This document shows positions 9,703 to 24,152 of a DNA stretch of 64,000 nt, one piece after another. The notes beneath the pieces are model-generated. The model ran no database searches and was not told where the DNA came from. It worked only from the letters and a program-made list of their open reading frames with translations. The stretch's first letter is position 1. Each line of letters begins with the position of its first letter. The position numbers and the translations under genes are program-made. Origin of the DNA: Myxococcales bacterium (GTDB lineage: Bacteria; Myxococcota_A; Polyangia; Polyangiales; Houyiibacteriaceae); NCBI GenBank assembly GCA_029863605.1, contig JAOTVB010000003.1, positions 201,658 through 265,657 of the forward strand. The letters run 5' to 3'.

Positions 9703-11220
9703 ATGTTTCGGGCTATCGCCAAGAGCCGTTATATCGTTCCGGGGTTTTTGTGCTTCGTGCTCGCGTTCGTCATCGGCCCCCTGGGCGCTGAGACCGGAGC
9801 GCTGAGTGTCGCTGCGGCAGGAGGCCTTGCGGCCGCCCTTGGCGTGCTCGGGATGTTGATCATCGCCTCGGGTCAGCCGCCTTCCATCGAGCTCACCGAA
9901 GTCGACGTGCGCCTCCGCGAGATCCAAGGCGAAGTCAAAGAGGTCGAGAGCGTGATCGGACAGAACGTACGGGGTCTCACGAGCGGGCTCGGTGAGCAGA
10001 TGGTTGCCGTCGAAGAAACCGCCCGTGCATTGAAATCGATGGCCATTTCGCTCCAGGCGATCAGCGACCGTGTCGAATCGCTCTCCTCCAGCACGGAAGA
10101 AAGCTCCTCGAGCATCCTCCAGATGACCGCGACGAACCACGAAGTTGCCGAGAACATGGGGAATCTCGGCTCGAGCGTCCGCGAGACCGCGTCTTCCATC
10201 GAGGAAATGACGTACAGCATCAAGGAGGTAGCGCGGAACATCGATGCCTTGGCCCTGACCACCGAGGAGACCTCCTCTTCTATGAACGAGATGGACGTTT
10301 CGATCGATCAGGTGCAGTCGAATGCCAACGAAACGGCGAGGCTTTCCGAAGAGGTTGCGACCGACGCAGAGCTCGGCGCGGAATCGATTCTGAAGATCAC
10401 CGAAGAGATCAACCACATCAAATCGACCTCGCAGCAGGCGGTGAGCAAGATCTCGAATCTCGGGGACCGCATCGAGGCGATTGGGGACATCTTGAACGTC
10501 ATCGACGACGTTGCCGAACAAACGAATCTACTAGCGCTCAACGCCGCGATCATCGCTGCGCAGGCTGGCGAGCACGGCAAGGGGTTCGCTGTCGTTGCCG
10601 ACGAGATCAAAGACCTCGCCGAGCGTGCGGGCGCCTCCACGAGGGAGATCGCGGATCTGATCAAGGCGATCCAAGAGGAAACCAAGAATGCCATCGAGGC
10701 GGTCGAGCGCGGCGCGAGCACCGTGGATCGAGGAGTCACGGTAAGCGCAGAAGCGGAGCGGGCCCTCAAGAAAATCCTCGAGTCGTCGAAGCAGTCGACG
10801 GTCATGGTGCGCGGGATTGCGCGCGCAACGGTCGAACAAGCGAGGGGGTCGAAGCAAGTGACCGATGCGATCGGCCGCATTGCCGAAACCGTTCAGCAGA
10901 TCGCTGCGGCGACCGCCGAACAGGCTCGCGGTTCGGAGCTCATCATGAAGAGCGCGGACAACATGAGACTCATCACGCAGCAGATGGAGCGCAGCAGCCA
11001 GGAGCAGGCCGAGGGCGGTCGACAAATAACCGGAGCGATCGAGCACATCTCGGACATGGTTCATCAGCTACAGCAGTCGCACCTCAAGCATTCGGAGACC
11101 TCCGAGCAGACGCTCGCAGCCGCCGCCCGCATTCAGGAGCTGACGCGCGACTACGAAAGGCGGGTTCGCGCCGTCAATCACGCGGTGGAGCGATTGCGCC
11201 AATTGCGTTTCGAGGCGTGA
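9703..11220 (+). CDS. methyl-accepting chemotaxis protein (membrane hairpin, no periplasmic sensor)
   Basis: The highly conserved MCP signalling hairpin is present: [45 protein letters not shown]. Two N-terminal hydrophobic segments are separated by only a few residues. Confidence 0.85.
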   Translation: MFRAIAKSRYIVPGFLCFVLAFVIGPLGAETGALSVAAAGGLAAALGVLGMLIIASGQPPSIELTEVDVRLREIQGEVKEVESVIGQNVRGLTSGLGEQMVAVEETARALKSMAISLQAISDRVESLSSSTEESSSSILQMTATNHEVAENMGNLGSSVRETASSIEEMTYSIKEVARNIDALALTTEETSSSMNEMDVSIDQVQSNANETARLSEEVATDAELGAESILKITEEINHIKSTSQQAVSKISNLGDRIEAIGDILNVIDDVAEQTNLLALNAAIIAAQAGEHGKGFAVVADEIKDLAERAGASTREIADLIKAIQEETKNAIEAVERGASTVDRGVTVSAEAERALKKILESSKQSTVMVRGIARATVEQARGSKQVTDAIGRIAETVQQIAAATAEQARGSELIMKSADNMRLITQQMERSSQEQAEGGRQITGAIEHISDMVHQLQQSHLKHSETSEQTLAAAARIQELTRDYERRVRAVNHAVERLRQLRFEA

Positions 11221-11281
11221 TCGCGATGCCTGAGGCGCTGAGGTTGCCCCGCGGGGTCCTTACGCTTCATTCTAGGGGAAC

Positions 11282-11689
11282 ATGTTCGGGATAGGACCCA
11301 CGGAGCTGATTTTCTTCCTGGTGATCCTTCTGTTGGCGGTGGGGCCGGAAAAGCTTCCGACTTTCATGCGAACGGTGGGCAAGGGTCTGCGCCAGTTGAG
11401 GAGCGCCAGCCGCGAGTTCAAGGATGCCATCGGGTTGGACGAGCTCATGCGTGAGGGCGATCCCTTCCGCGCGCCGCCGGTTCGACCACCGCGCGCACGA
11501 CCGGTGCCGGTGCAAACCAAAGAGGCGGAACCGCAGGAGCAGCCTCAAGCGCAACCTACGACGCCGCCTCCGGTGCCCCCTACGAGTGACGCTGCACAGG
11601 CGCTTCAAAAGCCGGCGACGTCCGAGCCGGCGACCGACGTAGATGCGCCCCCCGATCCGGATGCGTCTGCCGGGGCGAATCATCCATGA
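11282..11689 (+). CDS. tatB: twin-arginine translocase subunit TatB-like (TatA/B/E family)
   Basis: The N-terminus MFGIGPTELIFFLVILLLAVGPEKLPTFMRTVGKGLRQLRSASREFKDA matches the TatB-type TM plus amphipathic helix. It has a Pro-rich tail, and its stop overlaps the tatC start. Confidence 0.8.
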   Translation: MFGIGPTELIFFLVILLLAVGPEKLPTFMRTVGKGLRQLRSASREFKDAIGLDELMREGDPFRAPPVRPPRARPVPVQTKEAEPQEQPQAQPTTPPPVPPTSDAAQALQKPATSEPATDVDAPPDPDASAGANHP

Positions 11690-12504
11690 CCGAGCCGATC
11701 CAAGCCACGGTCCCCGAGCCGCCTGCGGTCCCCGAGCCGCCTACGGCCCCCGAGTCCGATCAAGAGATGAGCTTCTTCGAACACCTGGCCGAGCTCCGCA
11801 CACGCTTGCTTCGATGCATCTTGGCCCTCATCCCCGCGGTCGCCGTTGCTTGGTTCTTCAAGACAGAGATCAAAGACTTCTTGATCGCACCGCTCCAACC
11901 CGCCTGGGAGAAGCTCAACCTGCCGGGCGAGGCGGTGCTGCGTTTCGCCGGGCCTGCCGACGCCTTCATGATGTACATGAAGAACTCCCTGATCGCGGGC
12001 CTATTGTTGGCGTCGCCGTTCATCTTCTGGCAGCTGTGGATGTTCATCTCCCCTGGCCTCTACAAGAAGGAAAAGACGCTGGCGGTCCCGTTCATCATCG
12101 CGTCTACCGTGTGTTTCGTGGGCGGTGCGGTGTTCGGGTATAAGCTCGTGTTCCCCGAGGCATTCACCGTCTTGCTCGGCTTCAGCGACGAAACACTCGT
12201 GGCGACGCTGTTCGTCAAGGACTACATGCCGTTCTTCCGCAGGATGCTGTTGGCGTTCGGCGTCGTCTTCGAGGTGCCCGTGGTCGTGACCTTCCTCGCT
12301 GGTGCGGGGATCGTGACTTGGCGCCAGCTCCTTCAGTTTTCGCGCTGGTGGATCATCGTTGCGGCCTTCATCTCGATGCTGCTGACGCCTCAAGATGTCT
12401 ACACCATGGTGATGATGTTGATCCCGTTGGTGCTGCTCTATTTCGTCGGTGTCGGTAGCGCGTACTTGATCAGTTTGTTCCAGAACAAACCCAAGCAGCC
12501 TTAG
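11686..12504 (+). CDS. tatC: twin-arginine translocase subunit TatC
   Basis: MSFFEHLAELRTRLLRCILA followed by a multi-TM profile is typical of TatC. It is coupled to tatB by an ATGA overlap. Confidence 0.9.
   Translation: MTEPIQATVPEPPAVPEPPTAPESDQEMSFFEHLAELRTRLLRCILALIPAVAVAWFFKTEIKDFLIAPLQPAWEKLNLPGEAVLRFAGPADAFMMYMKNSLIAGLLLASPFIFWQLWMFISPGLYKKEKTLAVPFIIASTVCFVGGAVFGYKLVFPEAFTVLLGFSDETLVATLFVKDYMPFFRRMLLAFGVVFEVPVVVTFLAGAGIVTWRQLLQFSRWWIIVAAFISMLLTPQDVYTMVMMLIPLVLLYFVGVGSAYLISLFQNKPKQP
11710..11754 (+). repeat. 18-nt tandem repeat (2.5 copies) inside the tatC 5' end
   Basis: gtccccgagccgcctgcg / gtccccgagccgcctacg / gcccccgag, encoding VPEPPA VPEPPT APE. Confidence 0.8.
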
Positions 12505-12523
12505 CAGGCGGCATCATTGATCC

Positions 12524-12563
12524 CGGTCGGGCCTACGGCCTATCAGTTGAGCCCGCCCGACCG
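12524..12563. terminator. possible bidirectional hairpin between convergent tatC and the SDR gene
   Basis: Perfect 9-bp inverted repeat cggtcgggc (12524-12532) / gcccgaccg (12555-12563) with a 22-nt loop. There is no clear U-tract. Confidence 0.3.
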
Positions 12564-12571
12564 CCCTTACG

Positions 12572-13411
12572 CTAACGCCTGGGAACCGGGTAGGGTGGAT
12601 ATTGTGGGACGTCTTCCGGCACTTCCCACTGCTCGCCCCAGATGCTCGCCCCCCCATCGATGTAGAACGTCTGGCCGGTGATGAAGTCTGCGTATCGCGA
12701 AGCGAGGTAGGTGATCAGGTGAGAGACCTCTTCGGCGGTTCCCAGGCGATGGAGCGGATTCGCTTTTTCCGCGCTGTCGAGAAGCTCCGGGGGGTACTGC
12801 TTGGTTCCACTCGTGACGATTACCCCGGGTGCCACCGCGTTGGCGCGGATGCCATGCATTGCCCATTCGACCGCGAGGGTCTTGGTCATGTTGTCGACCC
12901 CTGCTCGTGCAGCCCCCGTATGGATCATGCCGGGGAAGCCGCGAGCAACGTTGGCGATGACGTTGACGATGCGGCCGCGCTTTTGCGGGATCATTGCCTG
13001 GTTTGCGACGGCGTGGGTCATCGCCCACGTTCCGACCAAGTTGTTGCGGACGACGGCCTGAAAACCCTTCGCCGAAAGTGCCTCAGCAGTCGTAGGAAAC
13101 TGGCCGCCTGCATTGTTGACCAGGACGTCGATGCGGCTGAAGCGCTTCAGCACCGCCTCTAGAAGCGTGTCGATCATCTCCGGTTCCCGAATGTCACAGG
13201 ACGCCCCAAAAGCGTCGATCCCTTGGGACTCGAGCTCGTCCACCGCCTCTCTCAGAGGCTCCGGCCTTCTGCCGCAGATTGCAACCTTGGCTCCTAGACG
13301 GCCCATCTCGGTTGCAGACGCAAGCCCGATCCCCGTCCCACCACCCGTTATCAAGACGACTTCGCCCGCAAACAGCCGGTCCGCGTACACCTGATCCATG
13401 GCGCGGCTCAT
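12572..13411 (-). CDS. SDR family oxidoreductase
   Basis: Rossmann motif VVLITGGGTGIGLA plus NNAG, and a short-chain dehydrogenase length of 279 aa. Confidence 0.85.
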   Translation of the reverse strand: MSRAMDQVYADRLFAGEVVLITGGGTGIGLASATEMGRLGAKVAICGRRPEPLREAVDELESQGIDAFGASCDIREPEMIDTLLEAVLKRFSRIDVLVNNAGGQFPTTAEALSAKGFQAVVRNNLVGTWAMTHAVANQAMIPQKRGRIVNVIANVARGFPGMIHTGAARAGVDNMTKTLAVEWAMHGIRANAVAPGVIVTSGTKQYPPELLDSAEKANPLHRLGTAEEVSHLITYLASRYADFITGQTFYIDGGASIWGEQWEVPEDVPQYPPYPVPRR

Positions 13412-13443
13412 ACCACGGTATGCGAGCTCGGACGACGTAAGGC

Positions 13444-13836
13444 TCAGCCTGCGGCTGCAGGTTCCTTGGCTGGCGTGTGAGCTACGACGAGCTCCAGCAG
13501 ATCCTCGGCGAAAAATGGCTTTGCCAGCGTCGCCTCCACCTTGAGATTGCGCGCGATTTCGTTACGCGCGCTGCTTGCGCTGAGGAGGATAACCGGAACG
13601 TCGACATGCCTCCATCGCCGACGGAACTCGCGCAAGAACATCTCGCCGTCTTCAATGGGTAGCATCAAATCGACGACCATCAGATCCGGGAGCTGCACCC
13701 CGCATTGCGCCAACGCGGACCGCACATCCCCAGCGGCGACCACGTGGTAGCCTTCCTTTTCGAGCATCACTTGCAGCAAGTGACGCACGGAAGGGTCGTC
13801 GTCGAGAATCAAGATGGTTGCCTTCGAGCTCACCAT
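13444..13836 (-). CDS. single-domain response regulator (CheY-like receiver)
   Basis: TILILDDDPSVRHLL...PDLMVVDLMLP...PVILLSA...KPF is a canonical receiver. Start chosen at ATG 13834-13836 (MVSSKATIL). The upstream extension to 14019 looks non-coding. Confidence 0.8.
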   Translation of the reverse strand: MVSSKATILILDDDPSVRHLLQVMLEKEGYHVVAAGDVRSALAQCGVQLPDLMVVDLMLPIEDGEMFLREFRRRWRHVDVPVILLSASSARNEIARNLKVEATLAKPFFAEDLLELVVAHTPAKEPAAAG

Positions 13837-13870
13837 TGCATCGTAACAGGATGAGTAAGGTTGGCGAAAT

Positions 13871-14503
13871 ATGCGCCTCCTGCCTACACCGGAGCTGCTA
13901 GGCTCACCTCGTATGAGGGGTTGGATGGGAGTGTTTCTCGCGGGGTCCATCGTAGTGTGGGGCTGCGGAGCGTCGAGACATGCCGCGCCGGATTCAGCCG
14001 TGGCGATCGTACCGCTCAACCTCTACCCACTGCGTTCTGGCAACGCATGGTCGTACGACGTGAACACCGGTGAGCCACTAAGCACATTGGCCGTGACCCG
14101 GGTCGAAACCGTGAACGGATCGATTGCAACAGTTCGTACTGGTCAAGGCAGCGTCCAATACGAGATTCGCGAAGATGGAATCCTCGTCGTGTCCGAAGGA
14201 GCCTGGCTCTTTCGCGCACCATTCGAGAACGGCGAGAGTTGGCCCGCGCGCGGCGGTCGTACCGGGCGCCTCGTATCGACGGAGGTTTCGATCCAGACCC
14301 CAGCCGGGAGCTTTACCGACTGCCTCGAAGTCGTCGAGACCGGAGGAAAGCTCCAGCTCGAAGTGCGAACCGTCTACTGTCCTTTCGTCGGACCGGTTGC
14401 GGTCGATTCCACCATGCGCTCGAACGTCTCGGACCGTTCCGTTTCGGTGCACGCTCGGCTCCGCGGATACGACGTAAACGGAGGAGCCTCGCTCACTCCC
14501 TAG
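13871..14503 (+). CDS. hypothetical secreted protein/lipoprotein
   Basis: 210-aa ORF with a hydrophobic leader and a Cys (FLAGSIVVWGCGAS). No family recognised. Confidence 0.5.
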   Translation: MRLLPTPELLGSPRMRGWMGVFLAGSIVVWGCGASRHAAPDSAVAIVPLNLYPLRSGNAWSYDVNTGEPLSTLAVTRVETVNGSIATVRTGQGSVQYEIREDGILVVSEGAWLFRAPFENGESWPARGGRTGRLVSTEVSIQTPAGSFTDCLEVVETGGKLQLEVRTVYCPFVGPVAVDSTMRSNVSDRSVSVHARLRGYDVNGGASLTP

Positions 14504-14933
14504 TTTGCCGAACCTGCACCTGAACGAAATCTTCCCGCAGCTGGACGACCAGCGACACTGAGCCCGCAGCTAAGAAGACTTGGCGCCAAGAACGACCGCT
14601 CGGATCCCGAACCTCGAGCGCATGTCGTACGCCGGGGGTCACACCGAAGACGGTGTTCTCGATTTGCTGGCCGTCGAGCATCACCTGGGCGCCCGGAGGG
14701 ACTCCGAGCAGCTCCACCCTAGCCGTGACTCCCTGGTCGGGAGTCGCCACGGCCTGTCTCGCGGGGTTTCGCTCAAGCAGCGCCCAGGCGATGGCCGCTA
14801 GCACGGCAAGGACAGCGACGGCCATCATCCACCGGCTGTCCAACACGCGCCCTACACCAACGCGCGGTGTTGCTCGATCCCCTGTCGTCCGGTTCACATT
14901 GCCATTGTAGGATGCTCCGTCATGTTTCGTCAT
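14493..14933 (-). CDS. hypothetical membrane-anchored protein with PEGA-like beta domain
   Basis: TM segment WMMAVAVLAVLAAIAWALL is followed by VELLGVPPGAQVMLDGQQIENTVFGVTPGVRHALEVRD (PEGA-like). Start chosen at ATG 14931-14933. Confidence 0.5.
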   Translation of the reverse strand: MTKHDGASYNGNVNRTTGDRATPRVGVGRVLDSRWMMAVAVLAVLAAIAWALLERNPARQAVATPDQGVTARVELLGVPPGAQVMLDGQQIENTVFGVTPGVRHALEVRDPSGRSWRQVFLAAGSVSLVVQLREDFVQVQVRQTRE

Positions 14934-14952
14934 CTTCCCAGGCGGTTTCACG

Positions 14953-15872
<920 letters not shown>

Positions 15873-15876
<4 letters not shown>

Positions 15877-16691
15877 GCGCCGCCGAAAGCCTCACCGCGG
15901 CCCTCCACTGGCAGTCCTGGGCCGTGTTTCGGCGAAACGCCCTCGTTTTCCTGCGAAATTGGCGAACCGCAATCATTCCGCCTGCGATGGAGCCCGTGAT
16001 CTTCTTCGTCGCGTTCGGTGTCGGTTTCAGCGGCTACATCGAGGATCTCGATTACCACGGAGCTCAGATCAACTACGCAACTTACGTCGCGGCCGGGCTG
16101 ATCGCGTACACCGGGTTCGGCACGCCCTACTACGAAGCACTCTACGCCGCCTACGTGCGCATGTTCTATCAAAAGACGTGGGACGGAATTTTGGCGACAC
16201 AAGTCGAGCTCCCGAGCGTGGTCTGGGGCGAGATCCTATGGGCCGCGGTGCGCGGGATGGTAAATATTTCGATCGTCTGCGCAGTCATCGCCGTCTTCGA
16301 TTTGATAGGCGTCGTCGATGTCAACGTCGCCTTCCTCGTGCTCATGCCTTTTCTAGGCTTCATTGCCGGCTGCGCGTTTGCGTCGTTCGCGCTGATCTTT
16401 ACTGCGATTGTACCGGCCATCGATCACATGAACTATCCAGTCTTTCTGATCGGTTGGCCGTTGAGCCTCGTGAGCAATACTTTCTTCCCGATCGATCCGC
16501 AGAACGCGCTTCTTCGTGCGCTGTGGCAAATCAATCCCGTCTACCAACTTGCAGAGGCCGCACGAGGTCTTTTGGTCTTCGGAAATCCAGGTCCGCACCT
16601 CGTCGGTCTGGTCGGATCGACCTTGCTTTTCCTCGTCCCGTGCACCGTCTTATCCACCCGTTTGACCCGCAGACGAGTCCTCGGAGAGTGA
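15873..16691 (+). CDS. ABC-2 type transporter permease
   Basis: ATGA overlap with the ATPase gene. The 272-aa polytopic hydrophobic protein has the size and organisation of ABC-2 permeases. Confidence 0.8.
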
Positions 16692-16741
16692 GCGTCAACG
16701 ACCCAGAAATTCATTTGTCAGATCAAGGGCTTACAGCTTAG

Positions 16742-19244
<2,503 letters not shown>

Positions 19245-19246
<2 letters not shown>

Positions 19247-19293
19247 TGTGCGGATCTTTTCGCTCGACCACAAACGAAAATCTCTCGCACACT
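19245..19293 (+). terminator. hairpin immediately after the gyrB stop, between convergent genes
   Basis: agtgtgcg (19245-19252) pairs with cgcacact (19286-19293). An inner ttttcg/cgaaaa pairing follows. The hairpin starts within the TAG stop. Confidence 0.45.
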
Positions 19294-19305
19294 GAGTTCT
19301 CCGGA

Positions 19306-21450
19306 TCAGGAAGCGTGACGGCGAAGCAACGCCTGCACCGCTTCTTCGACGCGAGGAATTTCCTCGGCGACTTGGCCTACCAGATCGCGAGCCGGCTCGA
19401 CGGCCTCCTCGCGCTCGATCGCGCCCAGTAACTCCCCGACGCGGGATGCTCCGAGTTGCTTGCTGGCGCCCTTGATCGAGTGGGCCGTGAGCCGCACCGT
19501 CTCCATGTCCGAGGCTTCGAGCGCGTCGCGAAGGGTCACCACCGATTCGCGAAGCTGCTCGATGTAGCCGACCATCACCTCTTCGATGAAGCCGTCGTCC
19601 TCCTCGTCTAGGGAGACCAATTGGCGGACCATGTTCATGTCGAGTGCCGAAGGTGGAGGCGACTTCATGGAAGGGACCACGACCGGAGGCTCGTGGGAAA
19701 GCGACACCCACCGCTTGAATAGCGTCTCCAGCATGCTCGACCGCACGGGTTTCCCGATCGTGTCGCTCATTCCAGCCTCGAGACATCGGACGCGGTCCCC
19801 GTCCGTGGTGCTTGCTGTCAGAGCGATGACTGGGACTTCGCGGTTGGCAGGGTGCTCTCGAATTCTTCGGGTCGCCTGGAAGCCGTTCATCTGCGGCATG
19901 TAGCAATCCATGAAGATGATGTCGTATCTGGCGGTCCGGGCCTTCTCGAGAGCCATGCGCCCGTCGGTCGCGATATCGACATCGCACGCGAGTTTCTTCA
20001 AAAGTGCCTCCGTCACCATGCGGCTGGTGGGGTTGTCTTCCGCAAGAAGCACTTTGAGTCCTCGCCGAATCAACTGGTCGCCAACGCCAGGCGTGCCCTT
20101 GAGTCGGAGCGTATCCTCCGAGCCCGGCTCGAGCTCGACTTCGACCCAGAATGTCGTCCCTTCGTCTACTTTGCTCTCCACCCCTAGCTCTCCACCCATC
20201 AGCTCGACGAGCTGCTTCGAGATCGCGAGACCGAGCCCCGTTCCACCAAAACAGCGACTCGTGCTCGGATCCTGCTGTTGGTACCGAGTGAAGATCTTGT
20301 CGATCGCCTCGTCTGGAATTCCAATGCCGGTGTCCCGAACAGAGATCCGCACGCGACACTGCGCAGCCTTTTCCAGCATGCGGGCCTCGATGAGCACGGA
20401 CCCAGACTCGGTGAATTTGATGGCGTTGTTGGCGAAGTTGAGCAGCACTTGACGCAAGCGGCCGCCGTCACCGACGAAGCGCGAACGAGTCAACCCATCG
20501 AGCTCGGACGCGAGGCGCAACCCCTTTTCTTTGGCGCGGGGTTGCATCAGCTCGACCACGCCGTCAATCAGAACCTCGAGGTCGAACGGCACCCTTTCGA
20601 GCTCGATCTGCCCCTTCTCAAGCCTCGAGAAGTCGAGGATCTCGTCGACCACGCCGACCAAGGCCTCCGCCGAGTCTCGGATCGCCGCAGCCATTTTCTG
20701 CTGCTTGGGGTCGAGCTTAGTTTCGAGGAGCAGAGACCCCAAACCGAGAACGCCGGTCATCGGGGTCCGCACTTCGTGACTCATGTTGGCAAGGAACTCG
20801 GTTTTCGTTTCGGATGCCCGTTCGGCCGCGACTCGCAGCTCATGAAGCTCGACCAGAGTTCGCCGCCGTACGACATGCGTACCTATGGCGACCACCGAGA
20901 ATCCCGCGAGGTACCCGACGCTCTGCATCCAGTTTACATCTTCGATGAACAAGGAGGTAACCCCCCACCCGATGTCGGCGCATACCATTGTCACCAAGAG
21001 CCATGTACGACTCTGAAGGAGCGCGCCCGCAGCGAACTGCAGAATGACGAAGAAGTAGAACATCGATGGATCGCGGCTAATCACGTACCCCACGGTCATC
21101 GTTGACGTGATGATCACGAATACGACGCCCGCCACGTGAATTGACCAGTCGATCGGCAGTGGTTGATGTTTGGTGCGCAACGAAAACGCGAGGAGTGCGA
21201 TACCGGTGAGGCCGTAGACCGCCATTAGTGCAACCGCGGCCTCATCCATGGATTGTGACCATTGCCCGAGGGCGATTCCGACATACGCGAAGCCCGCACA
21301 TGCGGTCATCGTGCCGATGTGATGACCGGTGACCGAGTTCAGCATTCCCCGGCGCTGTTCGGGGTTCAGTCGGATCCGCGCCGCGACCGTTTCATCCGAA
21401 GGAGCCGCACCACGCCCCCACTCTGCTGGCTCTTTCCGCAGTCCCCCCAC
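19306..21450 (-). CDS. hybrid sensor histidine kinase / response regulator with C-terminal Hpt domain
   Basis: The N-terminus is polytopic. H-box SHEVRTPMTGVLG, HATPase (GTGLGLAISK), receiver (KVLLAEDNPTSR...DIIFMDCYMPQMNG) and Hpt (HSIKGASKQLGA) are present. Confidence 0.85.
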   Translation of the reverse strand: MGGLRKEPAEWGRGAAPSDETVAARIRLNPEQRRGMLNSVTGHHIGTMTACAGFAYVGIALGQWSQSMDEAAVALMAVYGLTGIALLAFSLRTKHQPLPIDWSIHVAGVVFVIITSTMTVGYVISRDPSMFYFFVILQFAAGALLQSRTWLLVTMVCADIGWGVTSLFIEDVNWMQSVGYLAGFSVVAIGTHVVRRRTLVELHELRVAAERASETKTEFLANMSHEVRTPMTGVLGLGSLLLETKLDPKQQKMAAAIRDSAEALVGVVDEILDFSRLEKGQIELERVPFDLEVLIDGVVELMQPRAKEKGLRLASELDGLTRSRFVGDGGRLRQVLLNFANNAIKFTESGSVLIEARMLEKAAQCRVRISVRDTGIGIPDEAIDKIFTRYQQQDPSTSRCFGGTGLGLAISKQLVELMGGELGVESKVDEGTTFWVEVELEPGSEDTLRLKGTPGVGDQLIRRGLKVLLAEDNPTSRMVTEALLKKLACDVDIATDGRMALEKARTARYDIIFMDCYMPQMNGFQATRRIREHPANREVPVIALTASTTDGDRVRCLEAGMSDTIGKPVRSSMLETLFKRWVSLSHEPPVVVPSMKSPPPSALDMNMVRQLVSLDEEDDGFIEEVMVGYIEQLRESVVTLRDALEASDMETVRLTAHSIKGASKQLGASRVGELLGAIEREEAVEPARDLVGQVAEEIPRVEEAVQALLRRHAS

Positions 21451-21481
21451 TCACTCACTTTACAGGCTAGTCCGGAGCGTT

Positions 21482-22297
21482 TCATGGCTTCCGGTCCTCG
21501 AGTTTGTAACGCGCCTCACGAACCGTGCGCAGTGCCGCGTCATGAAGCAGGCCATTGGACGCGATCAGCTTTCCGGATCGAGGGTCCGCTTTCAGGCCCT
21601 CGTACGTCGAGAGCTGTCCACCTGCTTCGAGTACGATGAGAGCTCCAGCGCACATGTCCCAAGCATTGAGGCCCTGTTCCCAATAGATATCGTACGTTCC
21701 GTCCGCGACGAGACAAAGATCGATCGCCGCCGAGCCACAGCGCCGGATGCCACGCGCTCGCTGCAGAAACAACGATAGCTCTTCGCGGTTGTTGTCTGGT
21801 GTCGTCCAACGGTCGTACGGGAATCCGGTGGCGCACAAGGCCTCTTCCAGCGCGGCACGGGTCGACACTTTGCAGCGCTCGCCATTTCGAAACGCGCCCG
21901 AGTCCTTTGCGGCCTTCCAAGTCGTTCCGAGTGCCGGCGCGTGGACGACTCCGACCAATCCGTCGGCGCCGTCGTAGAGTGCGACCGACACGCAGAAGAA
22001 CGGATGACCATGGGCAAAGTTGGTCGTCCCGTCGATCGGATCGACGTACCAAACCAAGTCGCCATCGCCGGTTTCTGCGGTTTCCTCTCCCACGATCCGG
22101 TGTTCGGGGAAGGCGTGCTCGAGCCCGGAGCGAATCAGCTCCTCGCTTCGAAGATCGTGCTCGGTCAGCAGGTCGAACCTGCCTTTGTGGGAGATGCGGC
22201 CGACGCCACGCCAGCCCCGCAGGACCAACGCCCCCGCTTCTCGCGCGACTCGCTCCGCGACCTCCAAGGCATGCTCGCACTCTTCTCGGTTACTCAT
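21482..22297 (-). CDS. inositol monophosphatase family protein (SuhB-like)
   Basis: IMPase motifs are present: WYVDPIDGTTNFAHG and WDMCAGALIV. Start chosen at ATG 22295-22297 (MSNREE); 22309 is an alternative. Confidence 0.8.
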   Translation of the reverse strand: MSNREECEHALEVAERVAREAGALVLRGWRGVGRISHKGRFDLLTEHDLRSEELIRSGLEHAFPEHRIVGEETAETGDGDLVWYVDPIDGTTNFAHGHPFFCVSVALYDGADGLVGVVHAPALGTTWKAAKDSGAFRNGERCKVSTRAALEEALCATGFPYDRWTTPDNNREELSLFLQRARGIRRCGSAAIDLCLVADGTYDIYWEQGLNAWDMCAGALIVLEAGGQLSTYEGLKADPRSGKLIASNGLLHDAALRTVREARYKLEDRKP

Positions 22298-22445
22298 GAA
22301 GCCCAGCATTTTCCGCGGATTTTGGCGCCCGTGCCATCGAGATCTGACCACCTGGCCGGTGTGCGCTGGCATTTCCCTACCAAAACCCGTAAAAGCCCCT
22401 GCGCTACGAAGCCGACGGCTCGGGCGCAGCCTGCTGTAGGCTAGT

Positions 22446-24152
22446 GTGGTTATGCCCGAGAAGGACATCGTAACGCCGACCCTTCGCAATCCACTCGGTA
22501 TGGATCGCGACGATCGCTCCGCGGCCCCGAAGGACGGCGGCGGGCCGTACGAGGCGAGCGTCCGCGAGGGTGAACGGCTTCGGGAGCGTCCGCGAACGGC
22601 TGCGGGCCTCGTCCAAATCGGCCGACAACATGCTAAGGAGCGAATGACGGTCTGGGAGCGGATCGAAGTGCTCCGAGATCGTGGGACCGAGCCTACTATC
22701 CTCTATCAGAACTGGGGTCCAAATCTCGATGGCGCGTCGATCGTAACCGCCATCGTTCAGATCCAGGACCGAAGCGTCGCCCTCTACGGTCACGATTTCA
22801 CGGTGCGCGCCGGCTCGATGGACGCCACCAATGGTACGAAGCTTGCGAACTTGATTCGGTTGGCGGGGGATCAGGGTCTACCCCTCATCGGTATGAACGA
22901 CAGCGCCGGGGCGTTCGTGCCCGCGGGGGTCGGCGGCCTCGACGGGTACGCCGAAGCATTCACGGCTCTGCGCAAGATCAGCGGTGTCGTGCCGAGCATC
23001 ATGTGCATGTTTGGCTACAATGCTGGGGGCGGCTCGTATCTCCCGCGTCAAGGGAGCTTCATGATTCAGCCCGAAGATACGTTCTTCGGGCTTACCGGCC
23101 CAGGCGTCGTGAAGACAGTGCTTGGTGAGGATGTGACCGCCGATGAGCTTGGCGGTCCCGGTGTGCACGGACAGAGCGGCGTGTCGGACCTCACCGTAAA
23201 CGACGAAGTCGGCGCGCTTCGCACCGCCCAGCGCCTGCTGAGCTATTTGCCCGGCAACAACCACGAATTCGCACCCTATCAAGAGACTTCGGACCCGATC
23301 GATCGCCCGACTGGCGAAATCGACACGCTCCTTCGCAAGGCTTTCAACTCGCCGACGGGGTTCAATACCCCGATCGATGTCAGCATCATCCTCCAGCAGA
23401 TCTGCGATCACGGAGACTATTTCGAGCTTCAACCGCAACGTGCGCGGAACACTGTCACAGCGTTCGGGCGTCTCGGTGGACACGTGGTCGGGTTCGTCTG
23501 TAACAACAGCGCGGTAGCCTCAGGCCAGATCGACGTCGATGCCGCGTTCAAGAACTCTCGCTTCATCCGGTTCTGCAACCTGTACAACATCCCCGTCATC
23601 TTCATGGAAGACACGACGGGCTTCTTGCCTGGACGCGACCAAGAGAGCCGAGGCATCGTGCAAGCAGGACGCGCGATGCTCGATTCGATCATCGATTTGC
23701 GGACGCCGCGCCTCCTCTTGATCATTCGCAACGCCTTCGGAGGCGCATATGCGGCGTTCAACTGCTACGTGACGGGCGCCGATCATGTCATGGCCCTGCC
23801 GACGACCCGTGTTGCGGTCATGGGGCCCGCAGGCAAGGAGTTCGTCTACAAGAAGGAGCTTCGCGCGATGCGCACCAGCGCGAAAGCGCGCATCCAAGAG
23901 GCGATCGAGGGAGGCGCCACCAAAGCCGACGCAGAACAGGACGCTTTGGCTTGGATGAAGAAGCAAGAGGCGGCGTTCAATGCGCGCTACGAAGAGGAGC
24001 TCATGAATCCGAAGGAAGCGTTGAGCCTCGGGTCGATCTCGGAGATCGTGATGCCCACCGATGTACGCGCGGCGTTGGCGAAGAACCTCAATTTCTTTCT
24101 TTCCCACTACACTCCCGAGCCGCTTCAGGCCGTGCAGCGTGAGTTTCACTGA
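22446..24152 (+). CDS. acyl-CoA carboxylase carboxyltransferase (beta) subunit
   Basis: The carboxyl transferase domain is evident: [14 protein letters not shown]..., [51 protein letters not shown]. The start is uncertain (GTG 22446). Confidence 0.85.
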   Translation: MVMPEKDIVTPTLRNPLGMDRDDRSAAPKDGGGPYEASVREGERLRERPRTAAGLVQIGRQHAKERMTVWERIEVLRDRGTEPTILYQNWGPNLDGASIVTAIVQIQDRSVALYGHDFTVRAGSMDATNGTKLANLIRLAGDQGLPLIGMNDSAGAFVPAGVGGLDGYAEAFTALRKISGVVPSIMCMFGYNAGGGSYLPRQGSFMIQPEDTFFGLTGPGVVKTVLGEDVTADELGGPGVHGQSGVSDLTVNDEVGALRTAQRLLSYLPGNNHEFAPYQETSDPIDRPTGEIDTLLRKAFNSPTGFNTPIDVSIILQQICDHGDYFELQPQRARNTVTAFGRLGGHVVGFVCNNSAVASGQIDVDAAFKNSRFIRFCNLYNIPVIFMEDTTGFLPGRDQESRGIVQAGRAMLDSIIDLRTPRLLLIIRNAFGGAYAAFNCYVTGADHVMALPTTRVAVMGPAGKEFVYKKELRAMRTSAKARIQEAIEGGATKADAEQDALAWMKKQEAAFNARYEEELMNPKEALSLGSISEIVMPTDVRAALAKNLNFFLSHYTPEPLQAVQREFH

